Assembly (NCBI GenBank): GCA_964016885.1 | Contig: OZ024750.1 | Coordinates: forward strand, 40,796,001-40,860,000 | DNA: 64,000 nt | Reading direction: 5' to 3' | From: Eledone cirrhosa | Lineage: Eukaryota | Shown: piece by piece, positions 15,210 through 26,716 of the stretch | Layout: every line of letters starts with the position of its first letter | Position numbering within the stretch: the stretch's first letter is position 1 | Notes under the pieces: model-generated | Seen by the model: only the letters and a program-made list of their open reading frames with translations | Told to the model about the DNA's origin: nothing | Database searches by the model: none | Position numbers and translations under genes: made by a program

Positions 15210-15315
15210 AACAAGTAAGACCCCGACGGCTGAACTCAAGCCGTTTCGACGGCTAATTCAGAATTAGCCGTCGAAACGGCTTGAGCTCAGCCGTCGGGGT
15301 CTTACTTGTTCCTAT
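15205..15315. ncRNA. 111-bp palindrome (55-bp arms, 1 mismatch) made of the 3' half of a hammerhead ribozyme; Penelope-like terminal fragment
   Basis: Right arm: helix II gacggctaattc-a-gaattagccgtc, GAAA, helix III acggct/agccgt, GUC site, then ggggtc. The CUGANGA strand is absent. Confidence 0.7.
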
Positions 15316-15412
15316 TACCCACTCTACTACCCTAAGTATTGAGTACTTTGGTGTGTTATGGTCCACCTGGTTCCTTACCACATTTCCTTCGTTATATATA
15401 CATATATATATA

Positions 15413-15682
15413 TCTTCATTGGCCGAGAGGTCGGAGATTCTAATAGAGACGCTTTTTACTAAGTTATCAGTGATGTTTTGGGGTGGTTAGAATTAACATT
15501 AATATATCTAAGGGACTCGTTAGGTTTGCAGTATGGGTAATAGAGGGAAGTATCTAGGTCGAGAGTGACATCTAAAAAGTTGGCCCTAGTCAAATTAGAT
15601 TCTATAGTTATACTAAATCCTAGATTACGGAAGAATGAGCTTAAGTTTCTCCGAAACCCATCAGTGGTTCTGGCGTTAACCG
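15413..15682 (-). pseudogene. Penelope-like element RT fragment (motif 7/thumb), frameshifted
   Basis: [23 protein letters not shown]...[18 protein letters not shown], then after a frameshift [23 protein letters not shown]. These are PLE RT motifs. Confidence 0.8.
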
Positions 15683-16067
15683 TATACATATATGTATATA
15701 TATACATATATGTACATATATGTATATATGTATATATATGTATATATGTATATATATATATGTATATATGTATATATATATATGTATATATATGTATATA
15801 TGTATGTATATATATGTATATATGTATGTACATATATGTATATATGTATGTACATATATGTATATATATATATATGTATATATGTATATATATATATATG
15901 TATATGTATATATATGTATATATGTTTCTGTATATATGTATATATATATGGATATATATATATATATATATATGGATATATATATATATATATATATATA
16001 TATGGATATATATATATATATATATGGATATATATATATATATATATATATATGGATATATATATAT

Positions 16068-16121
<54 letters not shown>

Positions 16122-16149
16122 ATATATATATATATATATATATATATAT

Positions 16150-16199
<50 letters not shown>

Positions 16200-16233
16200 A
16201 TATATATATATATATGGATATATATATATATAT

Positions 16234-16283
<50 letters not shown>

Positions 16284-16373
16284 ATATATATATATATATG
16301 GATATATATATATATATGGATATATATATATATATGGATATATATATATATATGGATATATATATATATATAT
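15683..16373. repeat. (TA)n microsatellite with TG and GG interruptions
   Basis: Directly visible. Confidence 0.95.
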
Positions 16374-18300
16374 AACAACGCGAGGACCAAAAACGTGAGG
16401 TGTTCAGGATTGCTAGGCAATGCGTCAAGGAAAACCGTGATATTGTCGGGGAGAAGTGTGTACTTAACGATGATGGCACACTTGCCATCACCGACGCTGA
16501 TAAGAAGGTAGCTTGGAAGTGTCACTATGAAAGGCTACTAAATGAGGAGAATAAATGGGAGAAAGACAGTCTCCCCCATATCGACCCAATAGAGGGACCA
16601 GCAGTGTTAGTCGAGGGGAGTATAATAAGTAAGGCAATCAAGGATATGAAGACAGGTAAGGCGGCTGGGCCTTCGGAAATAGTTGCTGAGATGCTGAAGG
16701 CATCTGGCACGGTGGGACACACCATGGTCACCCGCATAGTTAACCAAGTCGTACAGAATGGGGTTGTTCCGAAGGACTGGCATAGCAGCATCATCGTTAA
16801 CTGTTATAAGGGTAAAGGAGACGCCCTAGATAGGAGTAACTATAGAGGCATTAAATTAATCGACCAGGTCATGAAGGTCACGGAAAAAGTAATAGCGCAA
16901 CTAATCAGAGAGAGAATTGACCTAGATGAAATGCAGTTCGGGTTTGTGTCAGGCAAAAGTACCACAGACGCTCTTTTCATTGTACGACAACTACAGGAGA
17001 AGTACCTAGCTAAAGGTAAACCCCTCTACTTAGCTTTTGTCGACTTGGAGAAAGCCTTCGACAGAGTCCCCCGCTCCATTATCTGGTGGGCTCTTAGAAA
17101 ACTAGGCGTTGACGAATGGCTTGTGAGGGCTATACAAGCCATGTATAAAGAAACAGTCAGCAAGGTTAGAATTAACAACGAATATAGTGAAGAGTTTAGC
17201 GTAAAAGTTGGCGTCCATCAGGGCTCTGTTCTCAGCCCCCTACTATTTATTATTACCCTTCAGGCTATAACAGAGGAGTTCAAGACCGGCTGCCCATGGG
17301 AACTCCTATACGCAGACGACCTGACACTCATAGCGGAATCAATGGCTGAGCTAGAGAAGAAATTCCAAACATGGAAGCACGGCCTAGAATCAAAAGGACT
17401 TAAAATTAACCTGGCTAAGACTAAAGTTCTAGTTTGTAGGAAAGAAAATAAGGCGGCGGTCCCTTCTGGGAAATGGTCGTGCTCGGTGTGTAGGAAAGGC
17501 GTAGGTAGAAACTCCATTCTATGTCCTAAATGCAAAGTATGGGTGCATAAAAGATGTAGTGGGATCACAGGTAAGCTAACTAAGAACATAGATTTTACAT
17601 GTGGCCGGTGCTCTGGTGCAATAAGTAGCAGCAAGTGCCCACAAAATACTAGCTCTTTCAATTGCGCAAAGGGTTCTATAGAAATAGTGGACAGCTTCCA
17701 TTACCTGGGCGATAAAATCAGCAGTGGGGGAGGGTGCTCTAAAAGTACAGTAGCTAGAGTCAGAACTGGTTGGAAAAAGTTCAGAGAGCTTATACCACTA
17801 TTAACTGCTAAAGGGTTCTCCCTAAAAATGAAAGGCAGGTTGTACGATGCCTGCATACGAACAACAATGTTGCATGGCAGTGAGACCTGGGCATTGTGTG
17901 CAGAGGATATACGCAGACTAGAGAGGAACGAAGCTTGCATGCTCCGCTGGATGTGCAATAGTAATATACGTGAACGGCAAAGCATAAACGAACTAAGGAA
18001 AAAATTAGAAATAAGAGGGATCAGATGTTGTTTACTCGAGAGAAGGCTACGTTGGTATGGACACGTGATGCGCATGAAAGTCGATAGCTGTATAACAAAG
18101 TGCAGGGCAATAAAGATAGACGGTAGTCACGGAATAGGCAGACCTAGAAAAACCTGGGACGAGCTGATAAACTCCGACCTCACACACTTACACCTCTCCA
18201 AGACAATGTCACTGGACCGAGACCTTTGGCGGTACTCAGTAACAGAGAAGACCCGCCTTACCTAAATACATAGTAAAACCTACTACAGCCAGTAGGCATC
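16374..18300 (+). mobile_element. RTE-clade LINE, 5'-truncated (no APE domain); uninterrupted RT frame 16376-18265 with an internal PHD finger
   Basis: Motifs GKAAGP, NYRGIKL, QFGF, FVDLEKAFD, GVHQGSVLSP, YADD (17309-17320), YLG, RLRWYGHV, GRPRKTW. Confidence 0.95.
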
Positions 18301-18328
18301 TTTAACCAAGATGATATTTACCAAAAAG

Positions 18329-18329
<1 letters not shown>

Positions 18330-18359
<30 letters not shown>

Positions 18360-18488
18360 TATGTATATATAATATGTATATATATGTATATATAATATGT
18401 ATATATATGTATAAATAATATGTATATATATGTATATATATATATATGTATACATAATATGTATATATATATATGTATACATAATATG

Positions 18489-18534
<46 letters not shown>

Positions 18535-18542
18535 CATATATG

Positions 18543-18631
<89 letters not shown>

Positions 18632-18666
18632 GTATATATATATGTATATATATATATACATATATG

Positions 18667-18697
<31 letters not shown>

Positions 18698-18742
18698 GTA
18701 TATATATGTATATATATATGTATATATATATATACATATATG

Positions 18743-18819
<77 letters not shown>

Positions 18820-18931
18820 GTATATGTATATATATGTATATATGTATATGTATATATAATACATATATATATATGTATATATGTATATGTATATGTATAT
18901 ATATGTATATATGTATATGTATATATAATAC

Positions 18932-19002
<71 letters not shown>
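18330..19002. repeat. (TA/TG)n microsatellite
   Basis: Directly visible. Confidence 0.95.
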
Positions 19003-19003
<1 letters not shown>

Positions 19004-19009
19004 TAGAAA

Positions 19010-19148
19010 AGGAACAGTTCCGTCGAAGCAAGGTACGGCGTGACCAATCCAGGCAAGACTCGTCTCTCCATGCGGAGGACGACCCGTCTGACTCATGCAA
19101 GCATGGAAAAATGGACGTAAAATGGAAATGATGATGATGATGATGATT
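19010..19148 (+). mobile_element. RTE/SINE 3' tail fragment ending in (ATG)n
   Basis: catgcaagcatggaaaaatggacgtaaaatg...(atg)n matches the tails at 20560-20608, 26717-26765 and 61696-61760. Confidence 0.75.
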
Positions 19149-19297
19149 AGAAAAGGGAAGTAAGGTTCTATACAAAACAGTGGGTATAGAGAAATGGTGA
19201 AGTTGGAAATAGCACGGAAAATATATTTTAGGGTCTGTTTTTCTTTTTTTTTCCTTTTTTTGATTCGTCAAAGTAACATCATTGAAGAGATGACATT

Positions 19298-19693
19298 ATT
19301 GGCAGTATCGGTAGAGGGTCGGACGCCATGCTTTCTAGCATAGTTACGTCCCTTTACAGTCTGAGTTCAAATCCCGCCGAGGTTAACTTTGCCTTTCATC
19401 CTTACGGGGTCGATAAAATAAAGTACCAGTAATGTACTGGATATTTGCTGGCCTTGTGCCAAAAGTAGAAACAATTATTGAATAAATGAGAGGGTGGTGG
19501 ATTGGCAGTATCGGTAGAGGGTCGGATGCCATGCTTTCCAGCATAGTTACGTCCCTTTAGGATCTGAGTTCAAATCCCGCCGAGGTTGACTTTGCATTTC
19601 ATCCTTACGGGGTCGATAAAATAAAGTACCAGTAATGCACTGGGTAATTGCTGGCCTTGTGCCTAAAGTAGAAACAATTATTGAATAAATGAG
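19298..19693 (+). mobile_element. Two tandem copies (about 203 bp period) of a tRNA-derived SINE, family B
   Basis: A-box-like tggcagtatcggt and B box gagttcaaatcc. Conserved central domain gcctttcatccttacggggtcgataaaataaagtacc resembles the Meta-SINE central domain. Confidence 0.8.
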
Positions 19694-19869
19694 AGGGACA
19701 ACTCTCTTAAAAAAAGAGTTTTATAATGTATATAAAGTCTTACTGGTGTATATCTGATTGTGTTAAGGGACTGGTCAAGAGTTCAAATGGGGATGGGGAA
19801 TTGTAAGCTAGAGACAAATTCTATGGCAGCAGTAGGGTTGTAAAAGAAATTCTATTATTAGAATATGGT

Positions 19870-19988
19870 GAGTTCAAATCCCGCCGAGGTTAACTTTGCC
19901 TTTCATCCTTATGGGGTCGATGAAATAAAGTACCAGTAATACACTGCAATAATTGCTGGCATTGTGCCAAAAGTAGAAACAATTATTA
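19870..19988 (+). mobile_element. 5'-truncated family B SINE
   Basis: Same B box and central domain as 19365-19480. Confidence 0.8.
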
Positions 19989-20130
19989 GAATATGATTTT
20001 AGGGAGTGTGTGTATTGTGTGAGGGTGTATATAGTTATGGGGTATGTTAGTGTAGAGGTTTACTATGTCAAAGGAGACAAGAATAGTGTTTTCACTTACT
20101 GTTTTGAGTAGGTGATTCAGCCTCTCAAGG

Positions 20131-20185
20131 TCATCCCGATAGATCTAGCTTGTGAAATGGCCAGAGCTCAGCTATCGGGGTCCTG
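20131..20185 (+). ncRNA. Degenerate hammerhead-like motif, same family as 15261-15315
   Basis: gaaatggccagagctcagctatcggggtc aligns to gaaacggcttgagctcagccgtcggggtc. The upstream core is decayed. Confidence 0.45.
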
Positions 20186-20266
20186 AATCTTTTCATATAT
20201 TTATATATATATATATACCTTTCCGACGAAATTACTTCATATATACATGTATATATACTTTTACAT

Positions 20267-20608
20267 GGAGGCACATGGCTTAGTGGTTAGAGCATTGGCC
20301 TTGCAATCGAAAGGTTGTGAGTTCAATTCTCAGACCGGGTGATGTGTTGTTTCCTTGAGCAAGACACTTTATTTCACATTGCTCCAGTTTACTCAGCTGT
20401 AGAAATGAGATGATAGGGACTGCGGTCCCTATCATTCCACTGCAAAGTGGTCGTGGAGGTGCCGCGGCAAAAAAGCACCCAGCACTCACTGTAAATGAGG
20501 TTGGCGTTAGGAAGGGCATCCAGCTGTAGAAATCAAGCCAGAATCAGTTCCCATCCCACCCTTGCAAGCACGGAAAAAGCGGACGTAAAATGATGATGAA
20601 TGATGATG
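20267..20608 (+). mobile_element. Full-length tRNA-derived SINE, family A (CORE-like centre, RTE-derived tail)
   Basis: A box tggcttagtgg, B box gagttcaattc, central ccttgagcaagacact. The tail gttggcgttaggaagggcatccagctgtagaa...ggacgtaaaatgatgatg is shared with the RTE 3'UTR. Confidence 0.88.
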
Positions 20609-20819
20609 TTTCCTATTTTACCTTTGTCAGCAGTAAGTAATGCTTATTGTAGAAATGTGGTACCCACCCCTCAGAGTATAACAATTTCTTTTTGCTTCTT
20701 CACTGTTAACTTCTTTCTGATGAAGTGCAATCATAGAAATATAACTTGAGAATCAGCGAGTGACATTTTCCAGCCAATACTTCCAGCTTTTTGCTAACTG
20801 TTGTTGCTGGCTTGTGTGT

Positions 20820-21175
20820 TTGTTACTCAAGATGAGACACTGTTCATAAACCAAGAAATTTTCTGTCCGGAAAAATTGTTCATGAAGCGATTTGTTCTCA
20901 ATGAGAGACATTCGTGAAGTGAGGTCTCACTGTCTATATAAATGAAACACTTAAAAACATCTCTTGTTGTTGATAAAAGACATTTGTGAAGTGAGGTACC
21001 ACTGTATATATAAATGGAACACTTAAAAACATCTCTTGTTGTTGATAAAAGACATTTGTGAAGTGAGGTACCACTGTATATATAAATAAAACACTTAAAA
21101 ACATATTTTGTTGTTGATAGAAGACATTTGTGAAGTGAGGTCCAACTGTATATATAAATGGAACACTTAAAACAT
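20820..21175. repeat. 72-bp tandem repeat (about 3.7 copies, 20905-21175) spanning a probable Tigger/pogo-like TIR end
   Basis: gacattYgtgaagtgagg at 20907, 20979, 21051 and 21123. gaggtaccactg-TA resembles a Tc1/mariner-pogo terminus. Confidence 0.7.
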
Positions 21176-21756
21176 CATATTGATCTTTAATATTGATGTT
21201 TGTTTCTAATTAAACTCTGAAATTTCCACAGGGTCAGCTAGTTTTAATAATAAATTAAGTGACAGTCATATCTTCATTACAAACATCTCCAAAAGCAAAA
21301 TATTCTTATCAGCTGTTAATTTATTGATTAAGTTATAACTATTTATCATCTTTGATAGAATGTTTAGCAGCTATTTTCTACAGAAAAATATCTAGGGAAA
21401 GGCCACAGAAAAAAATGGATGAAATTCTCTAACGTGTGCAGCGTTCTTCAACGTGAAGATGTAAACAAACAGAAGAAACATTTAGAGTTTTCTTCCTTAC
21501 ATTAGAGAGTTCCATACTTCCTTTAAAATGAATGTAAAACATTAGGAATGTTGGGAGGGGACTGGAGAAAGAATGGTTGTTTATCTTGATCTCAGTATTT
21601 CATTGGTTCTGATTTTCTCTCTGGAACAGTACAGTGCCGAATGATGATGTGTGGGATAGTAAGAGGTAAAGGAATAATTGTGTGTTTGTGTGTGGATCTG
21701 TAGCTCATGTTGGAGTCATTAGGGCCCTGTAATGACATAGTGTTTTTTGGACATTT

Positions 21757-24008
21757 TTAAACCTGGCAGAGCACAAACCTTCTCCAGGTCTGAACACAGC
21801 TACTGTCTTTCAGAAAAAGGAAAGAAATAGGGAGGGAGGAAGTGAGAGAGAGATAGATAGACAAGAAGAGAGATAGACAAGAAGTGAGAGAGAGATAGAG
21901 AGGAAGTGAGAGAGATAGACAAGAAGTGAGAGAGAGATCGACAGGAAGTGAGAGAGAGATGGACGGGAAGTGAGAGACAGATGAATGGCAAGTGAGAGGG
22001 AGATGGACAGGAAGTGAGAGAGAGATGGACGGGAAGTGAGAGAGAGAGAGAGATGGACGGGAAGTGAGAGACAGATGAATGGCAAGTGAGAGGGAGATGG
22101 ACAGGAAGTGAGAGAGAGATGGACGGGAAGTGAGAGAGAGATAGACAGGAAGTGAGAGAGAGAGAGATGGACGGGAAGTGAGAGAGAGATGGACGGGAAG
22201 TGAGAGAGAAATGGACAGGGAGAGAGAGATAGATGGGAAGTGAGAGAGATGGACAGGGAGAGAGAGATAGATGGGAAGTGAGAGAGAGATAGATGGGAAG
22301 TGAGAGAGAGATGGACGGGAAGTGAGAGAGAGATGGACAGGAAGTGAGAGATAGATAGACAGGAAGTGAGATAGAGAGAGAGATAGACAGACAAGAAGAG
22401 AGATGGACGGGAAGTGAGAGAGAGATGGACGAGAAGTAAGAGAGAGATGGATGGGAAGTGAGAGAGAGATGGACAGGGAGAGAGAGATAGATGGGAAGTG
22501 AGAGAGATGGACAGGGAGAGAGAGATAGATGGGAAGTGAGAGAGAGATGGACAGGAAGTGAGAGAGAGATGGACAGGAAGTGAGAGAGAGATGGACAGGA
22601 AGTGAGAGAGAGATGGACAGGAAGTGAGAGAGAGATGGACAGGAAGTGAGAGAGAGATGGACAGGAAGTGAGAGATAGATAGACAGGAAGTGAGATAGAG
22701 AGAGAGATAGACAGACAAGAAGAGAGATGGACGGGAAGTGAGAGAGAGATGGACGAGAAGTAAGAGAGAGATGGATGGGAAGTGAGAGAGAGATGGACAG
22801 GGAGAGAGTGATTGGCGGGAAGTGAGAGAGAGAGATAAACAGAGAAGAAGAGAGATAGACAGGAAGTGAGAGAGATAGACCAGAAATGAGAGAGAAATGG
22901 ACAGGAAGTGAGAGAGAGATGGACAGGGAGAGAGAGATGGATGGGAAGTGAGAGAGAGATGGACAGGAAGTGAGAGAGAGAGAGATAGACAGACAAGAAG
23001 TGAGAGAGACATGGACGGGAAGTGAGAGAGAGATGGACAGGGAGCGAGAGATAGACGGGAAGTGAGAGAGAGAGAGATAGACAGGAAGTGAGAGAGAGAG
23101 AGAGATAGACAGACAAGAAGTGAGAGAGAGATAGACAGGAAGTGAGAGAGCGATGGACGGCAAGTGAGAGGGAGATGGACAGGAAGTGAGAGAGAGATGG
23201 ACGGCAAGTGAGAGAGAGATGGACGGCAAGTGAGAGAGAGATGGACGGCAAGTGAGAGAGAGATTGACAGGAAGGGAGAGAGAGATAGACGGGAAGTGCG
23301 AGAGAGAGAGATAGGAAGTGAGAGACAGAGACAGACAAGAAGTGAGAGAGAGATAGATAGGAAGTGAGAGAGAGAGAGATAGACAGAGAAGAAGAGAGAT
23401 AGACAAAAAGTGAGAGAGAGATGGACAGGAAGTGAGAGAGAAATGGACAGGAAGTGAGAGAGAGATGGACAGGGAGAGAGAGATAGACGGGAAGTGAGAG
23501 AGAGATGGACAGCAAGTGAGAGGGAGATGGACAGGAAGTGAGAGAGAGATGGACGGGAAGGGAGAGAGAGATGGATGGGAAGTGAGAAAGAGATAGACAG
23601 GAAGTGAGAGAGAGAGAGATAGGAAGTGAGAGAGAGAGATAGACAGACAAGAAGTGAGAGAGAGATAGACAGACAAGAAGTGAGAGAGAGATAGACAGAC
23701 AAGAAGTGAGAGAGAGATAGATAGGAAGTGAGAGAGAGATGGACAGGGAGAGAGAGAGATAGATAGACAGGAAGTGAGAGAGAGATGGACAGGGAGAGAA
23801 ATGGACGGGAAGTGAGAGAGAGATGGACAGGGAGAGAGAGAGATGGAGAAGAAGACTTGAAGCCAGTGCTGAATTTGTACATTTATTTTTATCGATCTCA
23901 AATGGATGAATGGCAGATTTGACCTTGGTGGGATTTGAACTCTGGAGAGATCCGGAACAAATACCACAAGGTATTCTATACAATCTTCTAATGACTGCCA
24001 ATTTGCCA
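21757..24008 (-). mobile_element. Decayed family B-related SINE split by a 2-kb internal GA-rich array
   Basis: 21757-21830 and 23840-24008 align co-linearly with the uninterrupted copy at 46309-46540. Confidence 0.7.
21835..23845. repeat. GA-rich minisatellite, unit about 22 bp GGAAGTGAGAGAGAGATGGACA
   Basis: Directly visible. Confidence 0.95.
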
Positions 24009-24104
24009 TTTACAAAACAATAATTAATAACAAAATTTGAATCTTAACGAAACAATAGATGTTTTTAGAAGATCTGTTGTAGAAATATGTCTCTCAGCCA
24101 TTGA

Positions 24105-24555
24105 CCTTTCTCTCTCTCTTGCTCTCTCTTGCTCTCTCTCTCTCTTGCTCTCTCTCTCTTGCTCTCTCTCTCTCTTTCTCTCTCTCTCTCTTGCTCTCTC
24201 TCTTTCTCTCTCTTTCTCTCTCTTGCTCTCTCTCTTTCTCTCTCTTTCTCTCTTGCTCTCTCTTTCTCTCTCTCTTGCTCTCTCCTGCTCTCTCTCTTGC
24301 TCTCTCCTGCTCTCTCTCTTTCTCTTTTTGTTTGTTTCTTTCTGTTGGTCTCTCTCTCTCTCTCTCTCGCTCTTGCTCTCCCCCTCTCGCTCTTGATCCC
24401 CCCCTCTCTCTTGCTCTCCCCGCTCTCTCTTGCACCCTCCCACTCTCTCTCATTCACACTCTCTCTCTTCCTCTCTTTCCTCCTCTCTCCCCCTCTCCCT
24501 CCTTCATTCACTATCTCTCTCTCCCCCTCATTCACACACTCTCTCTCTTTCTCAT
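24105..24555. repeat. (CT)n/CTTG-rich tract
   Basis: Directly visible. Confidence 0.9.
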
Positions 24556-24877
24556 CATTAATACACACTAATGTGACACATCCTGTTACAATACACTTGC
24601 CTCCATATATTTCCTAACCCTCACCGCTCCACTCTATTCCATCTCCAACTTTCTCTGACATGTGACATCACACTTGGTACACAAATATGGTAGAATCTGC
24701 TCATCACTCAGATCCTTCTGTTACCAGCAGGGGGAGATAGCTCTAAGATTTTTTCACCCCATTTTTATACTGGTTACTATAAAAGCAACAATGTCCATTG
24801 CTAATTAGGTCACCTAATTAATCTTTAGGACGCTGAATTGTTTCATGAATTTCTTCCCTTGACACTGTATTATGTAT

Positions 24878-25295
24878 TAAGGGGAGATTACTCTCTTGTC
24901 GCAATTTGTCACCGACAGCGTGCTGAAGGTTAACAGATTCACGAATACAAGCAGCCAAAATGGGATTCCTCTGAAGGGTCTCTGGAGTATAGTAGCTGAG
25001 ATTAACACCAGGTAGAGCCACTACTTGTCTGAATTGAGACATTACAGCTCTGATACTATGGACACGTGGTTAGAATGTCTCAGGAAAGAATCACTGGACA
25101 GATTTTACTGGTAAAACCAACTGGCAGGAGACCCAGGGGTAGACCATGTGTAAGATGGTTTGATAACATCCATGAACTTAGCTGGTCTTGTTTGGGGATC
25201 CAGCCAGATGAGTTGGAGACAGTTGCTTGTGGAAGGAGTGTTTGAAGACTCTGCTCCCACAACCCTCGCAGGAATAAGTGGAAGGAGAAGAAGTA
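24878..25295 (+). pseudogene. Decayed 3' end of an Expander/Rex3-like RTE LINE
   Basis: Manual translation with stops: SRIQAAKMGFL*RVSG...PLLV*IETLQL*YYGHVVRM...KPTGRRPRGRPCVRWFDNIHELSWSCLGIQPDELETVA. Confidence 0.8.
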
Positions 25296-25412
25296 GAAAA
25301 GTTAATAGATTCTATCAAACATTCCTGTAGATCTTTTTGGAGCTATGACTATCTCTAGCTGATGTTTCATACACAGAAAGCCATATAAGCTTTAGCTTGT
25401 TCTTGTCTTGTT

Positions 25413-25480
25413 ACTGAGTGAACAGATGTCACTGATGATGAATAAGAATCTGGAAACAGCTATCTGATATTCTCACCAGT
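25413..25480 (+). ncRNA. Degenerate type I hammerhead-like motif
   Basis: Helix I gatgtca/tgatatt, CTGATGA at 25432-25438, GAAA at 25453, near-palindromic helix III acagctat, AUC site, distal stem actgagtga/tcaccagt. Helix II is poor. Confidence 0.5.
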
Positions 25481-25624
25481 TGTGGCATGATCACAGATTC
25501 AGACATTTATAGCAAGACTCTTTTATGTTTGTTATACATAAGCATATCATATATGCTTTCATATATACCTCTATTAGGAACCAGGCTATGTTAGTGATAC
25601 TGCTAATAAATATATATACACACA

Positions 25625-25666
<42 letters not shown>

Positions 25667-25669
<3 letters not shown>

Positions 25670-25766
25670 CTTCTACTGGACTAGAACTGTTTCATTTGTG
25701 AGAAATCATCAGGAAACTTCTTGATGATTTCTCACGAATGAAACAGTTCCAGTCCTGTAGAAGCTT
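25667..25766. ncRNA. Two overlapping inverted type I hammerhead ribozymes forming a 100-bp palindrome within (TA)n
   Basis: Plus strand: aaacttc TTGATGA t ttc-tcac-gaa t GAA acag..ctgt A gaagctt. Minus strand: aagtttc CTGATGA tttctcacaaat GAA acag..cagt A gaagctt. Confidence 0.75.
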
Positions 25767-25830
25767 TTGAGTACCTTACTGACTGTGGTTACCCCTGATT
25801 GAACCCGGGATAACTTATATATATATATAT

Positions 25831-26206
25831 CATCATCACTGTTTTACGTCCGTTCTTCCACGGTAGCATGGGGTTAGATGGGTTGTCCTGTTGTGGGCAG
25901 TGTCCGGTCGACTGACCTTGTCTTGCTCATACGGGAACTGATTCTGGCTTGATTTCTACAGCTGCATGCCCTTCCTAACACCAACCTCATTTACAGTGAG
26001 TGCTGGGTGCTTTTTTTTTCCGTGGCACCTCCACGTCCACTTTACAGAGGAATGATAGGGACCCCAGTCCCTATCATCTCATTTCTGGAGCAATGTGAAA
26101 TAAAGTGTCTTGCTCAAGGAAACAACACATCACCCGGTCCGAGAATTGAACTCACAACCTTTTGATTGCAAGCCCAATGCTCTAACCACTAAGCCATGCA
26201 CCTTCA
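25831..26206 (-). mobile_element. Family A SINE
   Basis: Reverse complement of the 20267-20608 structure. Its tail matches the 61696-61900 RTE 3'UTR. Confidence 0.88.
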
Positions 26207-26216
26207 TATATCTATA

Positions 26217-26400
26217 TAAGATCTCAACACACATGCATGGTACCTAAGGTTTCAAATGTCAACCAGTATAGAACATAGATATTCTATATCTCCTAGTTTA
26301 GTTATCTTCAGGTAAAACTAAATTAATAGTTATAGAATACCTGTCATACGCTGACTGAGTTTTGAAACCTAAGGTAGCATACATTTGTGTTGAGATCTTA
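26217..26400. mobile_element. 184-bp fold-back MITE
   Basis: TIR taagatctcaacacacatgcatggtacctaaggtttcaa versus the reverse complement of the right end taagatctcaacacaaatgtatgctaccttaggtttcaa. Inner tattctata/tatagaata. TA at both ends. Confidence 0.8.
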
Positions 26401-26574
26401 TTTATATATTTTGGCTCTCTACATTATATAGACCACTTCTAATCTTTGGAAACTCTTGGCACTATATATATGTATATGTATATATGTATATGTGTATATG
26501 TGTATATATGTATATGTGTATATATATGTATGTATATGTGTATGTATATGTGTATGTGTATGTATATGTGTATA

Positions 26575-26617
<43 letters not shown>

Positions 26618-26716
26618 GTGTATATATATGTATATGTGTGTATATATATATATGTATATGTGTGTATATATATGTGTATATATATATATGTATATGTGTG
26701 TATATATATGTGTATA

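Noticed and set aside
16525-18075. Antisense ORFs over the RTE (also 27498, 55670-58887, 62137-63666)
   Set aside because: Shadow frames of retroelement coding sequence with no motifs of their own.
20267-20340. tRNA gene
   Set aside because: A and B boxes are present, but it continues into a SINE core and LINE tail, has multiple diverged copies and lacks a full cloverleaf.
20700-20764. CTGATGA...GAAA hammerhead candidate at 20717-20754
   Set aside because: Helices I and III pair too poorly to distinguish from chance, so it was not counted.
21757-24617. 690-750 aa Ser/Leu-rich and Arg/Glu-rich ORFs
   Set aside because: GA/CT repeat translations, open in all three frames.
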